In this document: positions 14,755-29,177 of the stretch, in pieces | How the letters are laid out: every line of letters starts with the position of its first letter | Numbering within the stretch: the first letter of the stretch is position 1 | DNA from: Camelus dromedarius | Lineage: Eukaryota | DNA length: 64,000 bases | Direction of reading: 5' to 3' | NCBI RefSeq assembly: GCF_036321535.1 | Contig: NC_087437.1 | Location: 27,034,001-27,098,000, forward strand | Program-made: the position numbers and the translations under genes | The notes under the pieces: model-generated | The model's database searches: none | The model's input: only the letters and a program-made list of their open reading frames with translations | What the model was told of the DNA's origin: nothing

Positions 14755-16039
14755 TGCGACTTTTCATTAACTACCAACGTTAACAAAGGAGAGAACTATT
14801 TTTACTTTCCTTTCAATTGCTTTTGTCCGTTATTATTTTGTATTTATTATGAGTAGTCTTTTTTTAACTTTATGTCAAGATATTATCTGTTAATTGTGCC
14901 ACTTTTGTTATTGCTAATAAAATAAAATAACACAACACATATATGGAACTGAAGGGATAGAGATCAAGTATACAAAATAGAGTAAAACAAACTTTCCTAT
15001 TCTGCATTCATGTATTTTTTCAGTAAATACTCACTCAATACCTGCTTGTGCCCAGAGCTAAAGATATCGTGGTAAAGGCGGCTCTCACTCCCTCGTCTTC
15101 ACAGACGGCCCACACTCTGTCTATGGAGTGTGTATCTACTTTTACTTTAACCTGAGCACTCAAACCCCACACCTCGTGGCCTTTCTCTTGCCTTCTGAAA
15201 CAGTCAGCACTCATATAGCCTTTACTCAAAAAAAATATTAAATTACCTTTGCTCAAAAAAAAAAAAAAAAAAAGATACCATGGTGAAGAAGACAGATACG
15301 GCTCCCCGCAAAGCCTACAGAGATGCACAGTATTACTTTATGTACCTGAGTGTTCAGTTTATTATGTCAGTTGATTGAGCAATTGAGTTAGATAAGTTTG
15401 ACGATACTGATTGCATATTTGGGGGAAAGTTTATACTACTTATTTGGACGTTTAAGCATTGAGCATAAAAAATGAAGTTCTCTAATCAGATCTTAAAATA
15501 AAATTCACTTGTCACATTTTTCTTTCTTGTGATTTTTATGTGTAAATATATTCTGACAGATACTGTTTGACATATCTGTATGCATGATTTTCCCCATATA
15601 TGTGATTTGACATGTAATCAGGCCTGTAGCATTTCATCATTTGTTGCAGTGTAAAGAGATTACTGGCTACAGCTCTTTATGATTAATACTTATTTGAACA
15701 TTTGACAATTGATTTACTTAGAATAGTAGATTAAATAAAGTTAGGGTTTCAACATGTAAGCAGAGTATAGCAGGATTTTCCAATTTTTGCTAACTTAAGA
15801 ATCCACTACTATAATCTTAGGACAACCAATTTCTAAATGCAGTTTTAAAAGGTAAATGAAGCAACTACTAGAAGAACAGATTTTTATTTAAATTTATACC
15901 AGTTTAGCCTTTACTTTCATGATATGGAGGCAAGAAAATAAAGATCTGGTACTGATCAGGATTAGTAAAATGTTGAATTGGAGAAATCCGAGAAATTGTA
16001 AGTTATAGAGATCATGTTAGTTACTTAGATAATATTTGT

Positions 16040-16700
16040 ATATTCAACAAATTTTTGAGCACCAGCTCTGTGCAGGTGCTTTGCCTGGTGCTGGGAATTC
16101 AATTCAGTGCTCTCGTGGATGTTAAAGGCAAGAGTGGAAAGCAGTTGTTAATCCATGGACAACACATGAAATTACAGTTGTGTTTAGTGCTGTTGGAAAG
16201 TAATATGGCATGAGAGAGACCAAGTCAGGGGCTCAGGGATGGTTTCCTTGAGGAAATGAACTTTGAACTGAGATTTGAAGGATAAGATTTATTTAGTGGC
16301 CTTGTAGTAGGAGAGAGCATAATTTTTTGAGGCCAAGGCTTGCCCTCAAAGACCAAAGAGAAGGTGGCATAAAGCCTGGAAGGTGTGGCTGGCTATGTTA
16401 AGGAAAAATCAGTGTCACTGTGGAAAAGACATTACAGGGGACAAAGAATAGAAGTGGGGAGACCATTTAGGGGGACTCTTGGAATTGCCCAGGCAAGAGA
16501 CAGTGGCACTTGGAATAGGAAGGTCGTGGCAGAAGTAAAAGGACAGGTTTAAGAGATCCTTAGGAGATAAATTTAGCTGTTTTTGTTGGTGATTACATAT
16601 TTGAGGGGACAGAGAGGTGGTGTGGAGTGAGAGGTGTCAAAGATGACTTCTGAGTTCTGGAGCGGTACTGTACCTTTCACTGTAGTGGTAAAGAATTAAA
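16040..16700 (-). mobile_element. L2 fragment
   Basis: attcaacaaatttttgagcacc...; ttgaactgagatttgaagga; gtcaaagatgacttct. Confidence 0.65.
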
Positions 16701-18908
16701 GGAGACAATTTTTATTAATTTTTTTTTTTTTTTTTTTTGGTGAGAGGGAGGAGAAGGAATCCTGAATTTTTAAAACTGAAAACACAGCAGTCAGGGGAAA
16801 ATCCTAGAAAGAGATTTTCATCTCCCCAAAATAGCCACAATAACTGTAACTAAAAACTTAAATAACAGTTCTATTTCTCCAAACCTAAGATATGATGGAT
16901 TGTAAGATACACCATTATTTTATATACCACTCAGAAGGAAAAAAATAACAGCCATTTAATTTGTGATGCTAATAATTATAAGATAAATCGTGATTTTTTT
17001 TAAAAAAAGATGCTAAATAGGAAGAATGCACTTCTTGGAATCAGTGGAATAAAAGAGTAATAAGAAGTTGATCAGGTGGCAGAGTAGTAGTAGAGCGCTT
17101 TAGAGAACAAATAAAATGGTGGCTGCTGCCCCGCCATTGATAGATTTTTTAAGTTCTGTAATGTTTACATAGAATTTAGTCACCATTTAGTTTTTTTTTT
17201 AACCATTTTAAGCAATAAATAACTGCTGTATCTAACTGAATACTGTGCACATAAATAGTTTTTCTTCTTAATAATGAATGAAGTACTTTAGTCTAAAGCT
17301 TTTAGATGTAAGTAAAATATGAATGGTTTTAAAGGTTTATCCCTCTTATAGAAAACTGAAACATTGTTTCCTTACAGTTTGTCACTAAGATAAGTGGTGG
17401 AAATCAACTTTAATGTATCATTTAGAAACCTCATAAATCACCTCATAAATTTTGAATAGTATTGTTACTGGGAAGCTGAGCATTTACTGGTCTAGCAGTT
17501 TGGAGGCCTAGGTTCTTATTTGATCTGCCTTTTATCTTCTGAATGACTTTTGGGAAATTATTTAATCTTTTTAACTCTCAATTTTTTCATCTGTAAAATG
17601 AGGATGTTGGTTGCATTCTGATTACCTCTAATATTCTTGAAGCTTAAAATAAAAAAGTAAAAGCATGCGTGTGCGTTTCATTTCAATCTTTCTCACTTAA
17701 GAGTATCATTGGAGCCCTCTGGTTCATTTGATTGTCACCTTCCCTGCTTTCCAAAATGGGAAACCGTGTTTTCACATACTTTACCTTGATTGGCGCACAG
17801 CCTGGGATTGGTGAGGAAGAAATCTTGCCACATAGGTTTAGCAAGAACTGCCGATAATCAAGTCCTTGTTTTTTATGCCCCTTTTCTCCTGCTACTTGTT
17901 TTCCTGTTTTGTCCAATTCTTAGGAAGATATGAATTTGATTTTTACATTAACATTTGAAAACCAGTTGTCTGGTGAGAGAAACAGACTTGTAAACAGTAT
18001 TACAGTAAAACATTCTATTTTGAGACCTCTAAAAGAGGTCTTAAAAACCCAGAGGAAAGAAAGATTACCTATTTGAGGGAGTTGGAAGGCTTTGCAGAGG
18101 AGGAAATGAAATTTTAAAGGGTATGGGGAACTCCATCAGGAGATACAAAGAGTGAGCTTTTCTAGCTAAAGGAAGAACATATGCAAATGCAGCCTGACTC
18201 AGCAGAGAGAGGGAGGAGACAGGAAATGAGGAGAGCTGGAGTTAGATAATCAGTTAAAACACCTAGCACAGTGTATCTGCTACTACCATTTATCAAGTGC
18301 TAGTTGTCGTAATTTATTATTTGTATTGTCTTTAATGCTGTAATAGGAACTTCAGTAAATAAACCTTTGAAAACTTTACTTACTGACTTTCAGTGTAAAA
18401 AAAATTAAAATAGCTTTCTGGCTATGAAATAACACGTTTGTTGTAAAAATAATAAAAAAAAATACATGGAAGAAAGTGAAAAATCCTTGGAACGTTCTAA
18501 TAATATTTTGAAGAACTTCATTCAAGCTGACTCTTTACACAGATACATGCTATATTATATAATTTTATATTAATGAATTCATAGTTGTATGCTTTTTTTG
18601 AACAGGCATAGTTTTCTGTAAGATGTGTATTCTGCAGTTTACTTAAGCCACTAAATCTTTAGTTTGTTTAACATTTAGGTTGGTCATAATTTCTCATAAA
18701 ATTACTTTAAGGTGACTGTGTATTTGTCCAGTTATTTCCAAAAATTAAATCCATAGATATAAAATATTATGATTATGTCAGTGGGTATCACATTTAAAAT
18801 TTTGACGTAGTTAAACTGGTTAATACTCCTACTAGAAGATCTTGAAGTGTATTCGGTTTTAAAATTCTTTCAGTTTATTGCACTATAATTAGAGAATGTG
18901 TCATTAGC

Positions 18909-19305
18909 TGTTATGTTTTATTTGGTGAACGCACGGAGGACTTAAGCCTGGGAGACAGCCTCTCAACCCTGAGGGACTGTTACGAACAGGTAAGGGAGAA
19001 GCCAGGATATATAGGAGATTTTGCAAAAAAAACAGGTAGTAGGAACATCAGAAGATTACTGTTAATTAAAGAAAACCAGGCATCTCAAGGTAATGGATTT
19101 ACAACTTTCCTAAGTATGGGAAGATGCAAGAGTCTGGGCTTATTGAAATCATTCTTTTGATAAGCATCTTAACTATCTAGGGCCAGTATCCTGTTTTTCT
19201 CGGTCTTGAATTCCCTCATGTTGCACATTTGTGGGTGTCTGCAGTAGTTGATGGCTGCAACATTCTTTGTTTACCTAGGTGGCAGGCAGTATTCTTCCTC
19301 CCCAT
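18909..19305. mobile_element. ERV1 LTR fragment (MER41-like artiodactyl family)
   Basis: gaggacttaagcctgggagacagcctctca...gggaagatgcaagagtctgggctta...ctatctagggccagtatcctg. Confidence 0.6.
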
Positions 19306-22300
19306 ACTGATTGGGCTTTCTTTGTGACCTGACATAGATGGTCAATTGTTGTAAATGTTCTGTGGTCTCAGAGTGTTTTCTATAGGGGAAAAAAAAAACC
19401 TGATGTATTTATGAAATCTTTAGTTAATGATACTATTCATATCTTCTGTCTTTTTTTTTTTATATATTTTTATTGAAGTATAGTCAGTTTTCAGTGTGTC
19501 AGTTTCTGTTGTACAGCACAATGCTTCAGTCATACAGGAACATAAATTTTTGTTTATTATTTATGTTCTATCACTGATTCATTTTTCCACCCATGAATTT
19601 TCTTCTTCAGGGCCTCAAGATATATTTTTTAATTCTGCATTTTGGTTTTGAGATTTCTTACAGTCTTCATCTCTTTTATAATTCTTTTCTTCTTCTTGCA
19701 GAATATTTTTGGATATAAGCTCTTATTTTGAATCATTTATTCACTGTTTCTGCTCTTTCAATTTGTTACATTTTTTTCTGTAGTCCCTCAAGTGTTTTTT
19801 CCCCCTATTTCTCAAGCAAAACAAGAGAAACGGCTTCAGATATTATCAATTGGTGAACTGTATCCTCTCCACTTGACTGTTAACCAGCTTACTCTCTTCC
19901 TCATTAGAATGTTGTCAGCACCGGAAACGCATAGATTTTTGTCTGTTTTGCTTACTGCTTTATCTCCAGAGCCTAAAACAGTACCTACCATCAGTCAATA
20001 TTTATTGAAAAAATGAGTACAATCCTGTGGTAGTCCACTATGTTTGGCCTGGACATAACAAAATTCCTAATGGAATATAAATTGGTGTTTCCTGATACTC
20101 CTTTCAGACGAGTTTTTACCTGGTTGGCTTCTGCTTCCATTTGTTAGCTGTTAGGCATAGAATATGATACATGTAACACTTCAGTTTTTTTTTTTTTTTT
20201 AACTTTAAAAATAGAAGTATAATCAGTTTACAGTGTTGTGTCAATTTCTGGTATACAGCGTAATGTTTCAGTCATACACGTACATACATATGTAGCAATT
20301 CAGTTTTGAACATACTCTGCTCTCAGTGACCTTCTTGACTTGGCCTCCATCCCTACTGGTGAGGCTAAACTTTCAGAATTCATTGTATTATTCCCAGTCC
20401 TCTTCCTGCTGCTTTGATTCGCTGACACATGCTTAATACTCCTGTTGGTGGTTTTCTAAGATTCCTAGTTTTTTTTTATTGAGTTTATTCTAGTGTTGTG
20501 TGAAGTCAATCTACACACAACCAACAGGTAAAAGTATAAAGCAAACAAGAAAGCAGTAAAGCAGCCAAGAGACGTCTCTAGATTGGCTAGTGAATTAGTG
20601 TAGAATAGAATATGTTATACGTATATTTTTTTAATCACTCTCTAACAACTTTTAAAAGTGCACTGAGGATGACTTTTATGGAATGTGATTTATACCTCAA
20701 TTTTTAAAAATGAATTGAAAATCGTAAAAACATGAAGTCATATAAAATATTTTAAGATGAGACAAAAATTCCTGCAGATTGCAGATAAGTCATCATTTGT
20801 TGGATGCTTTTATTAAGTCACTTTTACTGAGTGGCTACATACCTTATAAATCTGTTAATGAGAAATGCTTTCCAGAGTAAAGAGAGAAAATTCCTTTCTC
20901 AGGAAGAGCTGAGGAACTTACACAGTTTATAAATTCTTTGTGGAACAGTCTGCAGCAAAGATTTCCTAAAATGTTATGCCAAAGGTATACAGAAACTAGT
21001 GACCTCAAGAATATGACACAAAGAATGAAGAGAATAAAAACAGATCATTAATTGAATTTCAGGTTTATTAACTCTTTGGAATAAACTCAGTGAAGAAGCC
21101 GGGAATCTTACAAGCCGTGTTAGGCATATTTTCTGTACGTGTCTGTTTTCACTACAATGGCCACTGTAGTGCTCCAAGAGTGAGGCAGCTGGAATGGGAA
21201 CTCACTTGATTTCATATAGTACAGTTCCTAAACCTGAGAATCTTACACCTGTTCAGAGCTGTTTTGCAACTTTAAAAACAGTTCTGGTCTGTATTTTGAC
21301 CTTCATTGAAAGTGTGTGAACACTGTTTTAACTTTTTTAAAAAGCATTTATCGGATTAGTCTGTTCACTCTCTGAGTATCTTGTTCTTACGTGGTTTATA
21401 GAGCAACTTGTTCAGATTTCATTGCTTAAAACGCTTAGGGAGCAGGTGATGCACCAGACAAATGTCTGTTACTACCTCGTCTACTAAACAGAGCAAGAAA
21501 AAATAAAGATTGAAATACAGTTTTCAATGATCATTGAACTGTTGGAGTGGTTAGTGCTGTTGGCAGTTAGAAAGGTGTTTACAAAATATCTTCCTGATTA
21601 GGGGTACAGAAAGGGGGAACTATTAGTTGAAATTCTTAACATGCCTGTGGAGAAACCAGTTTGAACTGGTTTGAACAACACATTTGGAAATGCATTTATA
21701 ATTACTAAAGGAATAGTATTATATTCCAAAGGAAGGAATGTAGCAGTGCCCCAAGATGGGCTGAAATAGAAAACTGGAAGATCTGAGAAGACTTCATTCA
21801 CTTTTCCTCTTGCTCACATCTGTACTTTTCTCAGTAAAATGTATTTCAGTTTTTTTTTTCCTCTTTGGAGAGTGACTTCTGTCCTCTCCTCAGTCCCTTT
21901 GAAAGATTACCACTCTCCTCTACCCACAATAGCTCTGATTAAATGTTCATCTTTCTGGAGATCGTCTTTTTAAAATCCCAGTTCTTCATTTTTAAAGAAG
22001 GAGCTCAAACCTTCTTGTGACAGGTTTGCATTTCTGGAACATCAGATATTGGCAAGGGGTTGGGTCTTACTGTATAAACAGGATCCAATCCTATGTGTGG
22101 GTGAGAGGACAATTGGAGGGGCGGTTATTGTAAATTAAAAAGGAAGGTGAGTTCAAGGGATGCTAAAAATAGAAATCACAAATATTTATCTCATAACAGT
22201 AAACATCTGAGATTTTGCCCTGTTTTAATAAGGAGTTGTGAGAGGTTGAGGTTTGTGACAGGCTCAAGTTTGATGTAAGTAGGCATTTGAATACAATTAG

Positions 22301-23099
22301 GGGCAGATGTTAGTATAGAAAAGGGAAAAGTGCGATGGTTGGCACCATGAATTAGGAGACTGAAACATGATGGACTTGAAAAGACACAGAGTCTTTTTGA
22401 AATAGTTAACATGGACAAATTTCCTTTCTTTTCATTACAGAAAGTTGATCTCATTAGTATACAAGTTCTTTCTTTTAGAAAATTACTCTTAAAAAAGTAT
22501 TGTGTGAAAATATTTAAATTGCAAAAGTTGACTCCATATAGTAAGATACTTTTGCATTACTAGAGATTTGCAAAGTGATTAGGATTTAAATTTAAGATTT
22601 CTTTTCAAAGTTTTGATTCACTCCTAAAGGACCTTTGATCCGGGGGCAGAAGAAACAGGCCGCTGCTACAGTGTAGTTTTAGCATGTTCACATATTTATT
22701 TTTTGGAGGTATACTGGAAGTCATAGTTTTACTTACTGACCCAGAAAGAATGGAAAAAGTTGGAAAAAAAAAAAGAAAAAGTTGAAAGAGCTGCGTGTGG
22801 TGGTAGAGGTGGGATGATGGCTGGCTCCTTACCATGTATGCCTTTAATTTAACATTTTGCCCACCTCGATAAGCACTAGGTATGTTTTATTTTGGAAAAC
22901 ATCTGTCAGCAGTAGTGATTGCTGTTTCAAAATAATGTGAACATTTGGGGAAGATTATTACATAGGAAAGAAGTTACTTGGTTTTTCTTCATAAGTCTGA
23001 AGGCAAATATAGGGAGGAAAAACTTATGTGTAAGTAAACTTATCTAAAAATATGTTGTGTCACTCTGGTAAACTTCATTTTTTCAGAGGTAAGAATTGT

Positions 23100-23365
23100 A
23101 CTTTTTTTTTGAGGTATAACATTAGTTCCAGGTGTACAATGTAGTAATTTACTATTTGTATATATTGCAAAATGATTACCACATTAAGTCCAGTTAACAT
23201 CTGTCACCATACATAGTTACATATTTTTTTTTCTTGTGATAAGAACTTTCAAGATCTGCTCTCCTAGCTACTTTCAAATATGAAATACAGTATTATTAAC
23301 TACAGTCACCATGCTGTACATTATACACTCCCTCAACTTACTTATTTTATAACTGGAAATTTGAA
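23100..23365 (-). mobile_element. L1MA-type 3' end fragment
   Basis: caggtgtacaa...gttaacatctgtcaccatacatagttac...ttattaactacagtcaccatgctgtacatt. Confidence 0.7.
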
Positions 23366-24744
23366 GAAAGGTAGATTTGAAGTCTTTTTTAGATTTCAAG
23401 ATTATGAGTTGATTTTATTTGGAGTTTGATGCAAAGGTCTGAGACTTAACTGAGGAATTGGAACCTGAAGAACTAAGGATAGAGGTAGGCTTCTGAGCAC
23501 AGTAGCCAGGAAACTGGGTGACTAGGAGGAATCTGACCAATAGTGTTGCCTGTACATGGACATAGCTCTCTAGCTGGGCTTCTCGGGACTCCCCATGGTG
23601 AAGGGTGGGAACTCCCAGAGTAGATATGAAGACTTGAGGCCCACAGGCTTAGTTCTCCCTGAGGGAGAATATACATCTTCATCATGGAAGAACCTCAAGA
23701 TATCTGCTACTATATGGGTACTTGATTGTGGCTTTGTGGACAAAGAGAACTTACTTCCTGGACACAGGGAAGGTTGCGTTTTACATCATCTATTTTATTG
23801 AGGTCTAATGGGAAGGGCCTAGGATCTTAAATCACAAAGTCTATATTCTAGTTTCAGCCCTGACTAAGGGCAGGGATCATATCTGCCACTCACTACTACG
23901 TAACTACTGCCTGATATAGTGCTTGACATGTAGTAGGCACTCGGTAAATATTTGAGTGAGTGAATTAATAATACCTGGATGTATAACCGTGGAAAAGTCC
24001 CTTTAGCTGTCTGGGTTTCAGTTTTTTTCCTTCACCTATAAAAAAGGAAGTTTCAATTCAAGTAGGTCTCCAGCGCTCAAATATTGCATTAAAAGTTAGA
24101 TACTGTCGTTTTAGATAATCAACTCCATTGTAATCACCGATGCAAACTTAGGCATTGAAATCAGGTGGCATTTCTTGGTTTCAGGGTAGTTAGGCATATA
24201 GGTGCTGTACATAATTTTTGTAGTATCTCCAAAACAAAAGCAACATTAAACATTTCTTATAAAAAATTCTTATATAAAAAGCAGTTGTAGCAAAATACTA
24301 GTACTTAATGAATCTAACAACAGAAGGTGAATGTTTAGTAAAGAGGGATAAGGTGTCTGGAGATTCTTAAGTTCTTTTAAATATTTAGTTGATAGAGATT
24401 TGTCTCCCTTTGCAAAAATTTCATACTTTTTAGGGACTTAATCTTTTGTGAAATTTTCATTTTAAATGTATATTGGTATTTGTAAAGAAAGAGTGGTGAA
24501 TTTCTCACTCCCTCTTTTTTTTTTTTTAAATGAGTTTTCTTACATTGAGATTTACTAATATTTGGACTGGTTCTCCCTGTCAGATATAAACTTGATGCTG
24601 TTCCCTTGGGGTGGTGGTGGTTGGTATTTTTTTCCTCAATGACACTGATTGGCAAAGCTGGCACCTCAGGTTTCCCTCTACTGTAACTTAATTACTGATA
24701 ACTGCTATCTTCATACCAAGTGGTACCTTCGTCGTTTTATATTG

Positions 24745-25745
24745 TCTTTTTGATGATAGACATCCTAACAGGTATGAAGTGATAACTTGTTGTTTTGACT
24801 TGCATTTACCTGTTGATTAGTGATGCTGAGCGCCTTTTCATTTACCTGTTGGCCATTTGTATGTCGTCTTTGGAAAAGTGTTTATTAAAGTTCCTTTGCC
24901 CATTTAAAAATCAGATTATTAATTTTTTGGCTATGAGTTGTATGAGTTTCTTTTGTATTTTGGATATTAACTCCTTATCAGAGGTTATATTTGCAAATAT
25001 TTTCTCCTGTTCTGTAGATTGCCTTTTCATTTTATTGATGTTTTCTTTTGCTGTGCAGAAGCTTTTTAGTTTGTTGTAGTCCCACTTCTTTATTTTTGCT
25101 TTTGATGCCTTTGTTTCTGGTGTCAAATCCAAAAACTCATTGCCAGAACCAATGTCAAGAAGCACCCCTTATGTTTTCTTATAGGAATTTTATGGTTTCA
25201 GGTCTTTTCAACTCTTTAGTCTGTTTTGAGTTGATTTTTGTGTATGGTCCAGTTTCATTCTTTGCATGTCCAATTTTCCCAGCACCATTTATTAAAGAGG
25301 CTGTCCTTTCCACATTGTATATTCTTGGCTCATTTTTTTGTAAATTAATTGACTATATTTATATGTGTGGGTTTATTTCTGAATTCTGTCCCATTGATCT
25401 ATGTGTCTGTCTTTAAGCCACTACATACATACTGTTTTGATTACTGTATCTTTGTAATACAGTTTGAAATAAGGAAGCATGGTGCCTCCAGCTTTGTTCT
25501 TCTTTCTCAGGACTGCTTTGGCTATTCAGGGCCTTTTCTGGTTATATACACATTGTAGGATTATTTGTTCTATTTCTGTGAAAAATGTTATTGGAATTTT
25601 GACAGAGATTGCCTTGAATCTATAAATTACTTTGGGTAGTATGAACATTTAAACAATATAAATTCTTCTAATCCATGAACATAAGATGTTTTTATTTATT
25701 TGTGTCTTCAGTTTCTCTCATCAATGTCTTAAAGTTTTCAGTGCA
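24745..25745 (-). mobile_element. L1 ORF2 fragment
   Basis: ORF 24911..25165 (KAKIKKWDYNKLKSFCTAKE...) is L1 ORF2-like; frame is degenerate. Confidence 0.88.
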
Positions 25746-26470
25746 CTTTTTCTCCCTCTATAAATACACTGTGGTGGCATATCTCCCTTTTCTTGCTGGG
25801 GCAGCATGTATCATATATGCACAGTTTAGTTGTTCAGGGATTTTAATGGATATGGTTGGATGCTGTTGATTTAATTTCTGGAGTACTGACATAGATTACT
25901 GTCATACTGCTGAAAATTATCTTCCCAATCTTTGTTTCCTTTTGCAAGGTAGAATCAAATTTTAGAGTCAGAAAGCATCTAAGAATTTAAGTTTCTTTTA
26001 CTGTGACAGAGCAGCATGTTTGCCCAGTTGAGGGCAGAGTGGAAATAAGAAGCAAAGTATCCTGTATCATGCCTTGGTACCTTTTTATGCTTCCTGTGCC
26101 CCAGTTATGAAAGTCCCTATTTCTGATAAGTAAGAGTTGTTTTCATTTCAGTATTTATACAATTGTTGATACCAAAAAAAAGGCAAATTGATTTGAGAGC
26201 TCAAAATATGAAGAGGTATTTCCTTTCTATCCAACAGTAATACAAATCTATAAAGTTTAATTTTCTAATAGAAGGATTTATTTGAAGGGAAGATAACTTC
26301 AATATGTGAAACTTGTGAAAAAACTTCCGTGTATCCAGCATCAATCATCATTAATTTGTGACTTTTCTCATTTTTACTCTTGTTAATAATTTTTAGGCTT
26401 TGTACAACTGCAAAACAAATCTAGGCATATTCTAAAACCACTTAATGGAAGCACTTTTATTTTTCGGCAG

Positions 26471-26581
26471 TGTTTCCTGAGGCTATAGGCGGGTGTTTGA
26501 GGAGTACATGCGGGTTATTAGCCAGCGGTACCCAGACATCCGCATTGAAGGAGAGAATTACCTCCCTCAACCAATATATAG
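26471..26581 (+). CDS. SELENOT: SELENOT coding exon 2 with the Sec codon (TGA 26478-26480)
   Basis: ttttcggcag|T GTT TCC TGA GGC TAT AGG... gives (C)VSUGYRRVFEEYMRVISQRYPDIRIEGENYLPQPIY(R), then the GTAAGG donor. 111 nt, phase consistent with exon 1. Confidence 0.98.
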
Positions 26582-27147
26582 GTAAGGAAATTTCAGTAAC
26601 TTACCAAGAAATTTTTAAGTGAATTTTTTTCACTCTTGTGAATAAACTTGTGAAATGATTCAGTTAACTTTACTTGGTTACTATAATTCTTTAGTTAGTT
26701 TAATTTACAGTTGGTTATAATTTAAATAATGCTTATTTGCTCCAAATATGGAAGCATTTTTCTGTAAGAAGGAAAAGAGGAAGATCATTTCAGAGATGGT
26801 AACCCTTCTAAAGATGTGTTTTCTTATGTAATTTTTATTGTGGACATAGACTAAGAACTCCCATGTTTTTATAGAAAGTCAATTGTATAAAATTCTATAC
26901 TCTTAAAATAATAGTATTTTCAAGGCCAATGCTGTATAAGTTTATAAATTAATTTTTGATTTAAAAATTGTTCAACATTTCTGTTTTAAAACTGCACAAT
27001 AAACTTTAATAACTGTCTTTTCTCTAGTATAATTAGCAACTTTTAGATTTGGTGTTTGGAAAATGTCTATACACATACACTTGAGTTATGAAATTTTGAA
27101 ATAGATGAGAAATTGCAGCTTCTGATGAATTTCTTTTCTTTTCATAG

Positions 27148-27274
27148 ACACATAGCATCTTTCCTGTCAGTCTTCAAACTAGTATTAATAGGCTTAATAA
27201 TTGTTGGCAAGGATCCTTTTGCTTTCTTCGGCATGCAAGCTCCTAGCATCTGGCAGTGGGGCCAAGAAAATAAG
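27148..27274 (+). CDS. SELENOT: SELENOT coding exon 3 (hydrophobic membrane segment)
   Basis: ttttcatag|A CAC ATA GCA... gives HIASFLSVFKLVLIGLIIVGKDPFAFFGMQAPSIWQWGQENK|gtatgt. 127 nt; lies inside ORF-track entry 27113..27313. Confidence 0.98.
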
Positions 27275-29089
27275 GTATGTAACTTAATAGCTTTGATAGC
27301 TGTAGGTATTTAGTTTGTCAATGAAATATTTTAATGAATTTTTCTTTTTTTTTTTTTTTAAGTACTTTTTGCTGTTTACACGTATTATTTCAACTTAAAC
27401 CACTTTTTATCTTTGGGCAAAGCCCTTAACCTTTCTTGGTCTTATTCTCCATATTTATGTATCAAGAGTGGTTAGGTCTTATCTTTTTATTGTTTGAAGG
27501 ATAGGGAAGTATTACTTTAGGTGTTATCTGGGCACAAAATAATTCAGTACCTAATTTTGATTATATAATTTGGGCCAAATCATATCTAGTAAAACATACA
27601 TAATGCAGGCCTTTTGTACCAACTAATATGGGTATTAATGGCTTTATTCATATTAAAAATGAGATTTCCACTGGTTTATTTTTTATCAAAACTGTTTTTA
27701 TTATTTGTTCTTTGAATCTTCCTGGGGGATCCAAAAAGCAAGTTACCTGAAATAATCCATATAAGTATACATAAGAGTCTCGTGCTATGTCTTTTTTCCT
27801 TTGTAGGGTCTTACTACAGCGCATGTTCTAGATCTCCCATCTATTTTACTTAAAATCATCTTTTCTGGAGGGTCTGCCTTTCTGCTTGAGAAATGGAACT
27901 AATTTTTATCTCTCTCTCGAGTGACATTGCCTAGATTTCCTTCTAAGAAGTATTCTCTCTTGGAGTCCTCTACCTGGTCTTGTCCTTCAGTTCTAGGCTG
28001 CGACTGTCTTCAGCTGACTCCTGACATAGCAGTACTTCTTTTTCTTAGGGAACCACTATTTCCAATAACAGGCAAGGGTTCTTAACGTAAACCTCCTCAG
28101 GTGCTACCTCTAATTGAAGTGTGTCTCTGCCCTGCTATTAACAAAATACTGATTTGCATAGGATTAAGAATTGCAAGTACCTATTGATGTTTTGTGCTAC
28201 ATTGGTTAATTCTGTTGATTCCAAATTATCTTTAGTGCATTTTACTTCTGTAGACATCTAACATTGTTGATCTACTGTGGAAGAGGATACTTTGAAAGCT
28301 GTAGCTTTCATGACACTTCCTTGTGTATTGTTCTCTTGAAAATAGACTTTTGTTCCCAAATGCTAGGATAACTTCTATGAAATCAGAGCCCACTTGACTC
28401 AAGTAGGGCCTGGGGAAAAGCTCCTTCTCATCTGCTGTGGGCCTTTTGATTTATTTTTCTGAAACAGCTTGTTGTGAATTGACATCCTAACTACATTCTG
28501 CTTTTTTAGTTAGGTTATTTTATTAAATTAAAAACTTTCTGTCCAACAAGAGCTTTCAGTCTCTTTTGGGAGGGTACAAATTTGCCTTCAAAAGGTAAAT
28601 TAATATAACTTAATATGCTAGTGCTTTCTAAACTACTTTTTTTAAGTTTGGCTTAAAATGATTTGTTTGGAACATGGACAGGTTATACTGAACACATGGA
28701 GTTGCTGTTTATTGCATCACTAGTCTCTTGTGAATTCATACATTGTTATAAAAATGTGGAAATGAACCCTTTTTATGCTGGTATTCTTCTGTTTAACTTA
28801 TTAAGGCTATTATGAGATCTCTAAAAAATTTATCTTTACATTAGGAATAACATATGTAAGTTCTTCAGAATGTGTATAAATGTGAATTAATCTTGTAATT
28901 TTCTTGTTCTGTGTACATTATCCAAACATATGGAATAGCAGTAGTAATTTGTATAGAAACTTAAGGTAGATTTAAAAAGAGCAATTACCAAATAAAAATG
29001 AGGCTATATATTTAAAAGAGTATTGTGTCTTGTCATGTTTTGATTTCAAACTGACTTTAACTGTTGCACTTAATTGCATTTTCTTTTAG

Positions 29090-29177
29090 GTCTATGCATG
29101 TATGATGGTCTTCTTCTTGAGCAACATGATTGAGAACCAGTGTATGTCAACGGGTGCATTTGAGATAACTTTGAATG
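29090..29177 (+). CDS. SELENOT: SELENOT coding exon 4
   Basis: ttcttttag|GTC TAT GCA TGT... gives VYACMMVFFLSNMIENQCMSTGAFEITLN-G|gtgagt. 88 nt. Confidence 0.98.

Noticed and set aside
21653..21672. Short inverted repeat aaaccagtt-tg-aactggttt
   Set aside because: Too short and isolated; expected by chance or local duplication.
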